Shown in pieces: positions 22,237 through 31,662 of a stretch of DNA of 64,000 bases. How positions within the stretch are numbered: position 1 is the stretch's first letter; each line of letters opens with the position of its first letter. The DNA is from an uncultured Candidatus Bathyarchaeia archaeon (GTDB lineage Archaea; Thermoproteota; CALKCG01; B24; DRYS01): NCBI GenBank assembly GCA_964491605.1, contig CAZBGY010000003.1, positions 24,678 to 88,677 of the forward strand, in the 5' to 3' direction. The notes beneath the pieces were generated by a model. The model did not search any database, was not told the DNA's origin, and saw nothing but the letters and a program-made list of their open reading frames with translations. The translations under genes were made by a program, and so were the position numbers.

Positions 22237-22324
22237 GCGGGGGTAGCCAAGCTAGGTCTAAGGCGCGGGACTGAGGCTCCCGTGGGGTAGCCCTTCGTGG
22301 GTTCAAATCCCACCCCCCGCACCA
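22237..22324 (+). tRNA. tRNA-Leu (anticodon GAG), encoded CCA
   Basis: Acceptor GCGGGGG/CCCCCGC; anticodon stem CGGGA/UCCCG with loop CUGAGGC; long variable arm; T-arm GUGGG-UUCAAAU-CCCAC; 3' ACCA. Confidence 0.8.
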
Positions 22325-23119
22325 ATTTACCAGTAAATCACAGGTACTAATTCATCCAGTTTGTTCCTAGTGTTGTATACTTAAGCCTAATAGGGTGAGA
22401 ACGAGACGATTAAGGATAGGATCATTTATACTTATCCTCCATCTTTGGAGGTGGTTAAGGATCGGAAGTGTAGGGTTGACTCCTCACTTTCTAAGTTTAT
22501 TGTTAAATGCGTTTTGGTTAAACTTTAACGAGTATGGTAAGATATAATAAGACTAATTAAAGAAATGCGGGAATAGTCTCTGAGAAATTATTAGAGATAT
22601 CAAACGCTGCTATAGCGAGGGAGCTTCAAGTATCTATTTAATACATGTAGCAGTATGTTCGGTGCATTGGAGTTAAGAATTTCGCTGTTAAGAATGAACT
22701 AAAGAAGATAGCGATAACCGAGATGAGGTATGCAGAGGCTATCGTTGAAAGACTCTTCTATCCTGGAGGAATACCTACAACAAAGCCAGCGGAGATATTA
22801 GTGGGCAAAATTCTTAGAGAGATGATAGAGTGCGATATAAAGGATGAGGAAAATGCCATCACCTTATATAGTGAGATAATAGCTCAAGCACGTGTAAAAA
22901 GGATGAGAGTAAGAAAAATTCTGAGGTTTAATTGGCAAGTTTAAGAAAGTATAAAGTTAGATAAATGGAAGTATCGAGTTCGTGGTTACCATTTATGATC
23001 CAGAATTCGGTGATTCAAATTAGGCGTTAATCCGAGAACACCCTTCGAGGATTTAGCGAACAACTGGGTTTGCTTAAATAGATAGAGTTAAATAATTGAA
23101 GCACCAAACACATAGTTAG

Positions 23120-23743
23120 GTGATCTTTATGGAGGTATCTAAACTTTATGTTCTGCCACAGCTTCCCTATAATTACAATGATTTAGCACCATATATGTCT
23201 GAGGAGCAGCTGCGCATACACTATACCATACATCATCAAGCTTACGTTAATGGGGCAAACGCTATACTTAGGAAGCTAGATAGTGCCCGTAAAGAAAATG
23301 CCGACATAGATGTTAAAGCCGCTTTAAAGGAGCTTTCATGGAATATAGGAGGACACCTATTACATTCAATATTCTGGAGGAATCTTGCACCGCCAGGTAA
23401 AGGCGGAGGAAAACCAGGCGGAAGATTAGCTGATATTATCGAGAAGGAGTTTGGCAGCTTTGAAAGGTTTAGAAAGGAGTTTACGCAGACTGCTGTCAGC
23501 GTTGAAGGCTCTGGTTGGGCAGCCCTAACAATATGCAAGCAAACTAACCGTCCATTAATAATGCAAATAGAGAAACATAACACCAATATATATCCGACAT
23601 TCCCAATCCTAATGGTCTTAGACGTCTTTGAACACGCCTACTACATAGACTATAAAAACAAAAGAGCTGACTTCGTAGAAGCCTTCTGGAACATAGTCAA
23701 TTGGGATGAAGTAAGTAAGCGCTTAGAAGAAATGCTTAAATAA
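23120..23743 (+). CDS. sod: Fe/Mn superoxide dismutase
   Basis: [31 protein letters not shown]-terminus; DVFEHAYY near the C-terminus. Confidence 0.9.
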   Translation: MIFMEVSKLYVLPQLPYNYNDLAPYMSEEQLRIHYTIHHQAYVNGANAILRKLDSARKENADIDVKAALKELSWNIGGHLLHSIFWRNLAPPGKGGGKPGGRLADIIEKEFGSFERFRKEFTQTAVSVEGSGWAALTICKQTNRPLIMQIEKHNTNIYPTFPILMVLDVFEHAYYIDYKNKRADFVEAFWNIVNWDEVSKRLEEMLK

Positions 23744-24380
23744 GAAGGAAAGCATTAAAAATTCATCCTATATTTTTATCCAAAGAAAAAGATACGGTTA
23801 TATATTATAGTTCTTCCTAAAATCATGGATATCGAAGAGGCGACTATTAGATTGAAAGACCGTCTTATTTATTTGTGTCGATAATAGTTTTAGAAGGCAG
23901 ATTGCTGAAGCATACTTCAATAAATTTATCCATGAGAACTGGAGGCTCATTAGTGCTGGTTTAATACAGCTGAAGATGCCCACCCAAATACTCTCAGGCT
24001 TATATGATGGATTCTCTTCGAAAATTTTCTTTTTAAGAAATAATGCTATTTAGTGAAAGTGGTTTGGCGTTTGAGGATTAGGTCAGATATTTTACAATTT
24101 TTACATGAGTTAACTAAGCATGCTGAGAAGATATTTGAGATAAAGAATGATGCAAATTTAGAAGATTTAATTGAAATAATTGCGTCCAGGTATAGTAATA
24201 AGGAGTATCAATATCTATATACTAGTGAAGATTAAAGAATTGTTGAGCCATCAATTCGTTTTCTAATTAATAGAAGGAATTCAAATATGCTTCAAGGATT
24301 AAAGACTAAGCTTAGGAATAGCGATAATACCGCTTATGGGTGGTGAATAATCAGCACGATTTATCTCTGAATCTTATATG

Positions 24381-26315
24381 TTACCTAATGAGAAGTGTCA
24401 GAATCCTGAATGCAATCCCACCTAAAATTATTGCGAATACTATCTCGAACACTGTTATTAAAAGTGCATTTTTCCATCCAACTTCCTTAATTAATGCTGC
24501 GATAGTCGATATGCATGGTATATAGAACATCGTTACTATCGTGAATACAACCATCTGAGTAGGTGTTAAGATGCTGGAGAAATCCGTCGTTTCAAGTAGA
24601 GTTGAGAGCATTATCAACGTTAATTCCTTTCTTAGTATGCCGAAAATCAATGTTATACCTGTAGTAGCTGGTAATCCCAGCCATGTGACGATTATCGGAC
24701 TAAGCATCGTTGAAATAATCTCTGATAAACCTAAAACCTCCATCGATTTAATGATGAAGCTTCCGGCGATTATGAGAGGGAATGCTATCTTGATGAACTC
24801 GATTAGCCTAAATAATGTTTGCTTGAGAACAGTTTTTAGATGCGGAATCCTATAGGTAGGCATTTCCATAATTAAAGCCGTAGGCTCACCTGGAAGAGCT
24901 TTAAAGGCTAATCTTCCGAGTAAGAGTATAATTATGAGGTTGAAAACGTATAGTGCTAGAGCCCACTCCATCCCTAGAAATCGACCGACAAGGCCGAGGA
25001 TTATAACTGTTCGTGCAGCACAGGGGATGAGGGTTGTTACGAAGACCGCGAGAAGTCTCTCCCTCTCAGTCTCCATTATTCTGCAACCTAAGCATGCTGG
25101 AACATTACATCCATAGCCAAGCATTATCGGTATAAAGGCTTTTCCATGCAACCCCATTTTATGCATTAAGCTATCCATTAGGAATGCGATTCGACACAGA
25201 TATCCTGAATCCTCTAGCATGTATAGTATTACGTAGAATGGAGCTATATATGGAAGAACTATGGTGACGCCAGCGATAAGTCCCTCCATAATACTCCATA
25301 CTAATGAGCCCACTACTCCGACCCCGAAAATCCCACTAATAAAGGGCTCTAAACCGTAAAATATACCGTTTAGTAGTTCTGAGATATATCCTCCAAAAAT
25401 GAAGACGGTATAGAATATGGAGAGAAGTGTAAGGATCATTATTGGATAACCTAAAATCTTATGAGTTGTTAGATCGTGAAGTATCTCCTCGATCGACGGC
25501 TTTAAAGGAGGCGTAATCCTCTGAACTTCTCTAACGATACAGGTAACCTTCTCATATCTTTCGGAAGTCATCACCGATGGGCAGGGATGCCCATGGATTT
25601 TCTCGATCTCAACAGCAAGATTCCTAGCAAAAGAAACTATCTGAGGATTTATCTTCGATATTTCTTCCACAATTTCCTTATCTTCTTCGAGTAGTTTAAT
25701 CACTGTGTAGCGTATTGGATAATGATAATTTATTTGTTTAATCATTTCTGCAAGTTTAGCTATTCTCTCCTCGATCTCCTTACCATACTTTATCTTAACA
25801 CATCTTTTCTGCCCCTTTTCAGCGACTTCTATAATCTTGTCTAAAAGTTGGGTAAGACCTACACCCTTTATTGCAATCGTAGGTACGACAGGAATTCCTA
25901 AAAGCTCTTCCAGTTTTCCCACATCGATAGATATACCCTTCTTTCTCGCAATATCCATCTGATTTAACGCTATAACCATTGGAGATTCAAGTTCCATCAA
26001 TTGTAATGTGAAGAATAAGTTTCGTTCAAGAGCCGAAGCATCGATTACATTCACTACGACATCAGGTTTCTCAATCGCGATATATCTTCGTGAAATAAGC
26101 TCCTCCAAGGAATACGTCGATAATGAGTATATTCCAGGCAAATCGATTATATCGATAACATAACCCTTATAGTAGAGTGTTCCTTCAGCTTTCTCGACAG
26201 TTTTACCCGGCCAATTACCGATATGTTGATGTAATCCAGTAAGCTGATTAAATATAACGGATTTTCCAACATTCGCATTCCCAGCTAAAGCTACTGTTAT
26301 CTTTCTCTTAGACAT
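24381..26315 (-). CDS. feoB: Ferrous iron transport protein B
   Basis: N-terminal G-domain ([15 protein letters not shown]), followed by large polytopic membrane domains; 644 aa. Confidence 0.9.
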   Translation of the reverse strand: MSKRKITVALAGNANVGKSVIFNQLTGLHQHIGNWPGKTVEKAEGTLYYKGYVIDIIDLPGIYSLSTYSLEELISRRYIAIEKPDVVVNVIDASALERNLFFTLQLMELESPMVIALNQMDIARKKGISIDVGKLEELLGIPVVPTIAIKGVGLTQLLDKIIEVAEKGQKRCVKIKYGKEIEERIAKLAEMIKQINYHYPIRYTVIKLLEEDKEIVEEISKINPQIVSFARNLAVEIEKIHGHPCPSVMTSERYEKVTCIVREVQRITPPLKPSIEEILHDLTTHKILGYPIMILTLLSIFYTVFIFGGYISELLNGIFYGLEPFISGIFGVGVVGSLVWSIMEGLIAGVTIVLPYIAPFYVILYMLEDSGYLCRIAFLMDSLMHKMGLHGKAFIPIMLGYGCNVPACLGCRIMETERERLLAVFVTTLIPCAARTVIILGLVGRFLGMEWALALYVFNLIIILLLGRLAFKALPGEPTALIMEMPTYRIPHLKTVLKQTLFRLIEFIKIAFPLIIAGSFIIKSMEVLGLSEIISTMLSPIIVTWLGLPATTGITLIFGILRKELTLIMLSTLLETTDFSSILTPTQMVVFTIVTMFYIPCISTIAALIKEVGWKNALLITVFEIVFAIILGGIAFRILTLLIR

Positions 26316-26595
26316 CCCTTTTCACCACAAAAACCTTCTCAGCTAAGCCTCGACCTAAGGCTAGCCTAGTACCTCTCACTAAAATTTCCAATGGACCATG
26401 GAATGGAGCTGCTTTCACAACTAAAACTTCTGTTCCCGGAGTAAGACCCATATCCATTAACCGCTTCTCAGCCCCCCATCTAGCCCCATATCCCCTTCCA
26501 TAGCCTCCTCTAATCGACGACACGATCCCAGCTTCACCTTCCCTTAACCAGGTTAACGGTACCTCCTGCCCGCTAGATATTTTTCGCTGTTCCAT
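26308..26595 (-). CDS. feoA: FeoA-family protein
   Basis: Small SH3-like protein; overlaps the feoB start by 8 nt. Confidence 0.65.
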   Translation of the reverse strand: MEQRKISSGQEVPLTWLREGEAGIVSSIRGGYGRGYGARWGAEKRLMDMGLTPGTEVLVVKAAPFHGPLEILVRGTRLALGRGLAEKVFVVKRDV

Positions 26596-27256
26596 ATAGC
26601 CCCCTCACCCTAATAGAGGATGCCATAGAGATGCTGAGCACATGACTTCTATCCCCCACTTTAACAAGAATCAACTCATCAGAAATTTTCCTCAGAACTT
26701 CTATCGTAGCTCCAGGCACTATCCCTGCTTTAGCAAAATACTCTAATACATTGTATTCCTCTTCAGTTAGCTTAACTATTACAGTGCTTTCACCAGGCTT
26801 TAAGTCGGTTAACGGCTGACTCTCCTCCTCAAATACTCCTCCACAGTCGGTGGGTATAGGATTTCCATGTGGACAAGTTTGAGGATGCCCCAAAGCTTTT
26901 TCGATCTTCTTTATTATATCTCGTGGGAAAACATGTTCCAATTTACAAGCAATATCATGGACTCTTTCCCACTCAACATGGAAAATATCGGTTAAAAGCC
27001 GTTCGCAAAGCCTATGTCTCCTAATCACTTGTAAGGCTATCTTTCTACCTTCCTCAGTTAATCTTACACCTCTATAAGGCTCATGGACTATATAGCCCTT
27101 CCTTTCAAGTCGCTTAAGGGTATTAGTAACCGATCCGGGAACAACTTTTAAAAGTCTAACTAAATCTTTAGTTCGTGCTCTACCTACCTTCTCCTGCAAC
27201 CTATAGATAATCTCAAGATATTCCTCCGTAGTCTCGGTAAGAGCGTGCTCCTCCAT
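26573..27256 (-). CDS. DtxR/MntR-family iron (metal)-dependent transcriptional repressor with C-terminal FeoA/SH3-like domain
   Basis: wHTH N-domain, dimerisation/metal-binding domain, C-terminal SH3-like domain; first gene of the dtxR-feoA-feoB run. Confidence 0.8.
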   Translation of the reverse strand: MEEHALTETTEEYLEIIYRLQEKVGRARTKDLVRLLKVVPGSVTNTLKRLERKGYIVHEPYRGVRLTEEGRKIALQVIRRHRLCERLLTDIFHVEWERVHDIACKLEHVFPRDIIKKIEKALGHPQTCPHGNPIPTDCGGVFEEESQPLTDLKPGESTVIVKLTEEEYNVLEYFAKAGIVPGATIEVLRKISDELILVKVGDRSHVLSISMASSIRVRGLYGTAKNI

Positions 27257-27270
27257 GTTAGACGTATATA

Positions 27271-27292
27271 AATGTACGATTAGTCGTACATT
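27271..27292. promoter_or_regulatory. Perfect 9-3-9 palindrome AATGTACGA-TTA-TCGTACATT 15 bp upstream of the dtxR start, flanked by TATA-like A/T boxes; candidate DtxR operator
   Basis: Seen directly in the sequence. Its position overlaps the presumed promoter of the minus-strand dtxR-feoAB operon. Confidence 0.4.
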
Positions 27293-27657
27293 TAAACTTT
27301 ATCTCGTCGAAAACAAAACCTCAACTATACGCTCTTTGAATAAATCTCTACGATTCTCTTGAAGCTTCCCGGTATAGATGCTAGCATGGAAAGATCTACT
27401 GAGACCTTAAAATATATTGGAATCAATATATCTGCCGGTATACTAAAGTTTACAAGGAGGCATGGAGTAATAGCTATCTGCGAGAAAATGAAAATTTACT
27501 ATTCATCGATGGTTCCTTTGACGATAACTCCATAATATATCCTCAAACAGAAAGCAGGATTCAAATAGAGGTGGGGGTCGCATCAAATCTGTGGTATTCA
27601 AAAATTACTTCTTCCATATTACCTTTACCCTCATGCCCTTTTTCCTTAACTATTATA

Positions 27658-28224
27658 CTATAGCATGTAAAGATTACCGACGCTTCCATAAACAAATGAA
27701 TCCAGCATAGCTTTATGCATCGTGAAGATTGCATGCCGACCAGTGCAATGTGATGGGACGATAATCTTCGGACTTATTTTTCTCAGCTCTTCTACGGTTT
27801 GGTTGATACGCTTCTCGAATTCCCTACCTCCTAGATGGAAGCCGCCTAAAACGGCGTAAACCGTCTCTATACCTGTAAGATGTTGTGCATAGCTGATCGT
27901 ATTTATTATACCAGCATGACTGCATCCAGATAGGATAATTAGCCCCTTACGCTTAACATCGATTACTAACGCTCTTTCATCCCATATCCATGGATCTGGC
28001 TCCCACCTACCATTAATGAAAGCTCTATGTTGTGGATAGCCCTTCTCGAAGGAGGTTTTCCGCGGAATCTCACCGGTAACCAATGCTGAGCTATCGGCTA
28101 TGAGGAGTGGTTTGCTCACCTCGATATACCCAGCTGGTTTAATCCTATCTTCAGATGGAAAGCTTGTAGCGATAGTTAAGCAGAATGCGAAGATGTTAGT
28201 TGAAAGGGAGAATATCGATATCAT
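27658..28224 (-). pseudogene. Remnant (C-terminal half only) of an MBL-fold metallo-hydrolase (COG1237-like)
   Basis: The C-terminal half carries ILSGCSHAGIIN...GGFHL...PSHCTG, but the N-terminal HxHxDH half is absent. Upstream sequence is occupied by opposite-strand fragments. Confidence 0.4.
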
Positions 28225-28606
28225 ACTAATCGATGGCCCTCCATGGATAGGCTGTCCGGCAATATCCTCTGTTGTAGATGTGGATATAGGTCTAATAGTT
28301 ACTGAGCCTACAGTATCAGGTTTTCACGATCTGAAAAGAGTACTACTCTTACTGTAACATTTCGATACCCCATCCTTAATATGTATAAACATGTATGATA
28401 TAAATTATGATAATATCGTAGAATTCTGCAGAGAAAATGATATAGAGGTTATTGGTAGAATCCCCTTTAACCCGAAGGTTATCGAGGCGATGATTAATAG
28501 GAAAACTATCATAGAGTATTCTCCAGAAAGCGATGTTGCAAAGGAGATAGAGAGAATATGGGGGGAATACTTAATTATAATCATATTATTATATTGTCTA
28601 ATTTAA
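28040..28606 (+). pseudogene. Fragment of a MinD/CooC-superfamily ATPase (COG1149-like), with internal TAA and missing N-terminus
   Basis: ORFs 28100..28357 (ILIDGPPWIGCPAISS...VTEPTVSGFHDLKR) and 28391..28606 (VIGRIPFNPKVIEAM) are in one frame, separated by a single TAA. No Walker A or ferredoxin region lies upstream. Confidence 0.5.
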
Positions 28607-28633
28607 TTATTATGTTATCTAAGAGGGTGGTGG

Positions 28634-29576
28634 ATGACTTCACCAGTATTCGGGCCAGTTCCCTCAAGGCGTTTAGGAAGAAGTCTAGGGATAAACAATA
28701 TCCCGTATAAGACGTGTACGTATTCATGCGTATACTGTCAGCTAGGAAGGACAACTCATATGCTTATTAGAAGGCGAAGATTCTATAAACCAAAGGAGAT
28801 TTTAACTGAGGTTGAAAGGAAGGTTGAAGAATTACGCTTAAAAGGTGAGCGGATAGATTATTTAACCTTCGTCCCTGGCGGTGAGCCAACTTTAGATGCT
28901 AACCTCGGAAGGGAGATTCTACTTCTAAAGCGGATAGGTATTCCGATAGCTATTATAACTAACGCTTCTCTACTCTGGAAGCATGATGTTAGAGAGAGCT
29001 TACTTGAAGTCGATCTTATTTCATTAAAGATCGATGCAGTTAGTCAAAACTTATGGAAGAAGGTGAATAGGCCGCATAAGAACTTGCAGTTAAATGACAT
29101 TTTACACGGCATAAAAGAGTTTACTAAAATATTTGATGGAACAATAATAAGTGAAACGATGCTTATTGATGGCATAAACTATGGTGAAGAACTTAAGCGG
29201 ATAGTAGACTATCTTGGGAAGCTAGATAAATTAGATGCGGCTTATATAGCGGTGCCGACAAGACCGCCAGCGGAGGGATGGGTTAAACCAGCTAGAGGGG
29301 GTCTTAAACGAAGCTTTCCAAGCATTTTCAAAGGAGCTTGGAGGTGAGAGAATAAAATTTTTAGTGAAGCATGAAGAGGATACCTTCGCTTTTACTAGGG
29401 GGATCGAGGATGAGATAGTTAGCATAGCGGCTGTGCATCCGATACGGAAAGACTATTTAACGAAGTTTTTAAACAGCATTGGAGTGGATACGTGCATCAT
29501 AGAAAAGCTTATTCAAGAAGGAAAACTAGTAAAACTTAGATACGGCGGAGACGAGTTTTATAGGAGCCGTTTCTAG
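28634..29576 (+). CDS. Radical SAM protein (COG0731-like); reading frame shifts at a G5 run (29296-29300)
   Basis: CxxxCxxC (CTYSCVYC) and GGEPTL motifs. Removing one G from the G5 run fuses ORF 28634..29347 seamlessly to 29364..29576 (…GWVKPARGVLNEAFQAFSKELGGERIKFLVKHEED…). Confidence 0.55.
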
Positions 29577-30490
29577 AATATACTGTACAATGGATGATTT
29601 TTAACTAGCGGCTTTATACCTAGGCTTCTTGCATGATACGCTATTATCGCATCGATTACCGCGCATATAGGAAAGATATGTTTCGCTTTCGCGATTGAGC
29701 CGTAAACGATGAAATTTGCCCCCATCGCCTGAGCGAGGGATAGTACTCCACCTCTACATGCTATCTTCGCATCCTTCTCTAGGCCTTTATTTTTACACCA
29801 TTTCCCCACAACACCTATCGGCGCTGTCCCAGTGGGTAAACCGAACTTTTCTTTAGCTATGTAGACACCGTAAACTGCAAAACCTATATTTGGAACATCC
29901 AAAACTGGCGTGAAGATTAAGGGTTTCTCTATCCCAGCCCTTAAAGCTCTCATAATTAACCCCTCTTTTTCTAGGGTTCCCTCAAGGATCTGGATCATTC
30001 CATCTGGATACGGATTTCTAGGGTTAAAAGCTTGAACGATAGCCGCCTTCAACCCGGTTCCTTTAATTGCTTTAATTTCCTCCTCGTTCAGCGTATAATT
30101 TATCGAGTTGTAAACCGCTTTATCCTGGAGACCAACCTCTCTCACGTAATTCGCTGCTTCAACCCTAACGGAGGCGTTAGGCCCATTTATTAAGAAGGGA
30201 CTGTTAGTAATGCTTGCTACAAATTCGATGTATTTTATTAGTGCCTTGGAAGTTTCTCCGACAACATCGAGCATGCATGGAACACCAGTTTTATTAGACA
30301 TTTCCTCTTGAATATTTATCAATCTTTCAGCTTCGATTTTATCGAAAATCCCTAAATATCTATCCTTAACTATTTTTTGCCTCTCATGAAATATACTTCC
30401 AATCAGTACAGTAGGCAATTCTCCTAGCTGCCCACTTATCCTTACTCCTCCAATATCGAAAATTTCCTGTCTCCTCCCAAACTTAAATAA
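29573..30490 (-). CDS. MtrH-like methyltransferase (tetrahydromethanopterin S-methyltransferase subunit H family homologue)
   Basis: From memory of MtrH sequences, the start of MtrH resembles the 24 codons immediately upstream of the first canonical start (TTG at 30418), which read LFKFGRRQEIFDIGGVRISGQLGE. At the homologous initiator position this gene has TTA. Confidence 0.6.
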   Translation of the reverse strand, partial: LFKFGRRQEIFDIGGVRISGQLGELPTVLIGSIFHERQKIVKDRYLGIFDKIEAERLINIQEEMSNKTGVPCMLDVVGETSKALIKYIEFVASITNSPFLINGPNASVRVEAANYVREVGLQDKAVYNSINYTLNEEEIKAIKGTGLKAAIVQAFNPRNPYPDGMIQILEGTLEKEGLIMRALRAGIEKPLIFTPVLDVPNIGFAVYGVYIAKEKFGLPTGTAPIGVVGKWCKNKGLEKDAKIACRGGVLSLAQAMGANFIVYGSIAKAKHIFPICAVIDAIIAYHARSLGIKPLVKNHPLYSIF

Positions 30491-30561
30491 AGTATTCCAC
30501 CGTACAGCTTCAACTAAACGTTGATCAAAACTACTATTTAGCAGTTTACTACTCCACTATA

Positions 30562-30921
30562 TTACTTCTCAAGAATTGCTAGATTTTCCTTAATAACATC
30601 TGCAACTTTGGTATTAGGCTTTACCGGGATAACCCTTACATTATGATAGTTAAGTAGCTCTGAAGCTTCCAGTCCTAGTTCCGCCGCTAATACTACATTC
30701 ACATTAAGATCTACCAAGGTTTTTACCACGATTGGTCCTGATCCATGCTTATATGATGATGCAGGATTATCGAGGATATATACGCTTATAATCGTACCAT
30801 CTTCGATATCGATGATGGTGAATGTCCTGGCTCTACCGAATACTTCTGAGACAACATCATCTAGACCTGCATGAGCTTTTGTTGGAACGGCTACTCTTAC
30901 CTTTCCCATATCGATCAGCAT
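30562..30921 (-). CDS. Dinitrogenase FeMo-cofactor-binding (NifX/NifB C-terminal-like) domain protein
   Basis: 119 aa; KVAVPT...FGRARTFTIIDIEDG...GSG...VNVVLAAELG pattern of the Nitro_FeMo-Co domain. Confidence 0.65.
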   Translation of the reverse strand: MLIDMGKVRVAVPTKAHAGLDDVVSEVFGRARTFTIIDIEDGTIISVYILDNPASSYKHGSGPIVVKTLVDLNVNVVLAAELGLEASELLNYHNVRVIPVKPNTKVADVIKENLAILEK

Positions 30922-30956
30922 CCAGATACCCGGGGAAAATAGAGGGGGTGAATGTT

Positions 30957-31136
30957 TTACCTAGGAGGCCCTCTACCTCTTCCACACCTCCCCCCTGGAG
31001 GTCCTTTATTTATTCTATGAATCATTATCGATGGTGCACCGCATCTTGGGCAAATTCGCGGTTTTGGTATACCTTGAGGGACCTCTATCATGTATCCGCA
31101 ACTACTACATTGGAAAAGCTTAACTGGTAAGCTCAT
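30957..31136 (-). CDS. Small zinc-ribbon protein with Gly/Arg/Pro-rich C-terminal tail
   Basis: 59 aa ORF, below the 60 aa cutoff of the ORF track: MSLPVKLFQCSSCGYMIEVPQGIPKPRICPRCGAPSIMIHRINKGPPGGRCGRGRGPPR. Two CxxC pairs; ATG at 31136, TAA at 30957-30959. Confidence 0.4.
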   Translation of the reverse strand: MSLPVKLFQCSSCGYMIEVPQGIPKPRICPRCGAPSIMIHRINKGPPGGRCGRGRGPPR

Positions 31137-31156
31137 ACTCTTATATCCCCTGAAAG

Positions 31157-31393
31157 CTATCTAAAGCCCCTCTCAAGCATATCCTTTAACTCCTTTATTC
31201 TCGTCTCAACCTCTCTTATCTCCTCTTCGATATCTGCCTTCTCTTCCTCAAGATGCTTCTTGTAATCTTCTAGCGCCTTCAATTCATCCTCTGGAGATAT
31301 AAAGGGATATCGTGGTAGATACATATATGGATATGGCGGTGGATAGATCCACCATCGCCAGAATCTCTGCCTTCCAAACCACACCATCCTCAT
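31157..31393 (-). CDS. DUF5320-like small protein (Trp/Tyr/Pro/Arg-rich N-terminus plus acidic coiled-coil C-terminus)
   Basis: The N-terminus is WFGRQRFWRWWIYPPPYPYMYLPRYPF. It is followed by SPEDELKALEDYKKHLEEEKADIEEEIREVETRIKELKDMLERG. This architecture matches DUF5320 as remembered. Confidence 0.4.
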   Translation of the reverse strand: MRMVWFGRQRFWRWWIYPPPYPYMYLPRYPFISPEDELKALEDYKKHLEEEKADIEEEIREVETRIKELKDMLERGFR

Positions 31394-31407
31394 TCACCCC
31401 TCATAGT

Positions 31408-31662
31408 TTAATACCAGTATGGCGGATAAATTATTGGGGGAAGACAATATGGGAGACCGTACCCATAGTAGTATGGGTATACCCACCACCATCTTGGAAG
31501 CCATGGAAATCTAGCACAAACCCATGGATTATATGGGTAGCCCCAAAGCCATCTACCGAAGCCGAAAAGCCATCCAGGCCTCTGCCATGGTGGCAAGTAG
31601 CTAAACGGCCCTCTCCCAGGCCAAGGCCCAATCCAACCAATATCTCTCCAACCCCAAGCCAT
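31408..31662 (-). CDS. Extremely Trp/Tyr/Pro/Gly-rich small ORF (84 aa; about 19% W, 14% Y)
   Basis: MAWGWRDIGWIGPWPGRGPFSYLPPWQRPGWLFGFGRW...WWWVYPYYYGYGLPY. The frame was chosen because it continues the composition of the next gene's N-terminus. The DNA here is CCATGG/CCA-rich, so all three reading frames stay open. Confidence 0.3.
   Translation of the reverse strand: MAWGWRDIGWIGPWPGRGPFSYLPPWQRPGWLFGFGRWLWGYPYNPWVCARFPWLPRWWWVYPYYYGYGLPYCLPPIIYPPYWY

Noticed and set aside
22723-22944. 73 aa ORF between tRNA-Leu and sod
   Set aside because: No recognisable domain. It lies in an AT-rich intergenic stretch and may be a small real protein, but there is no support beyond being an open frame.
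28040-28099. Extending the MinD-like fragment further upstream to find a Walker A motif
   Set aside because: The in-frame sequence upstream of 28100 (PFSKEVFRGISPVTNAELSA) shows no P-loop and runs into a stop at 28037. The N-terminal part is absent from this locus.
30822-31130. 102 aa plus-strand ORF
   Set aside because: It overlaps the 5' end of the NifX-like gene and the zinc-ribbon gene on the opposite strand. Its product is low-complexity with no motif, so it is likely spurious.
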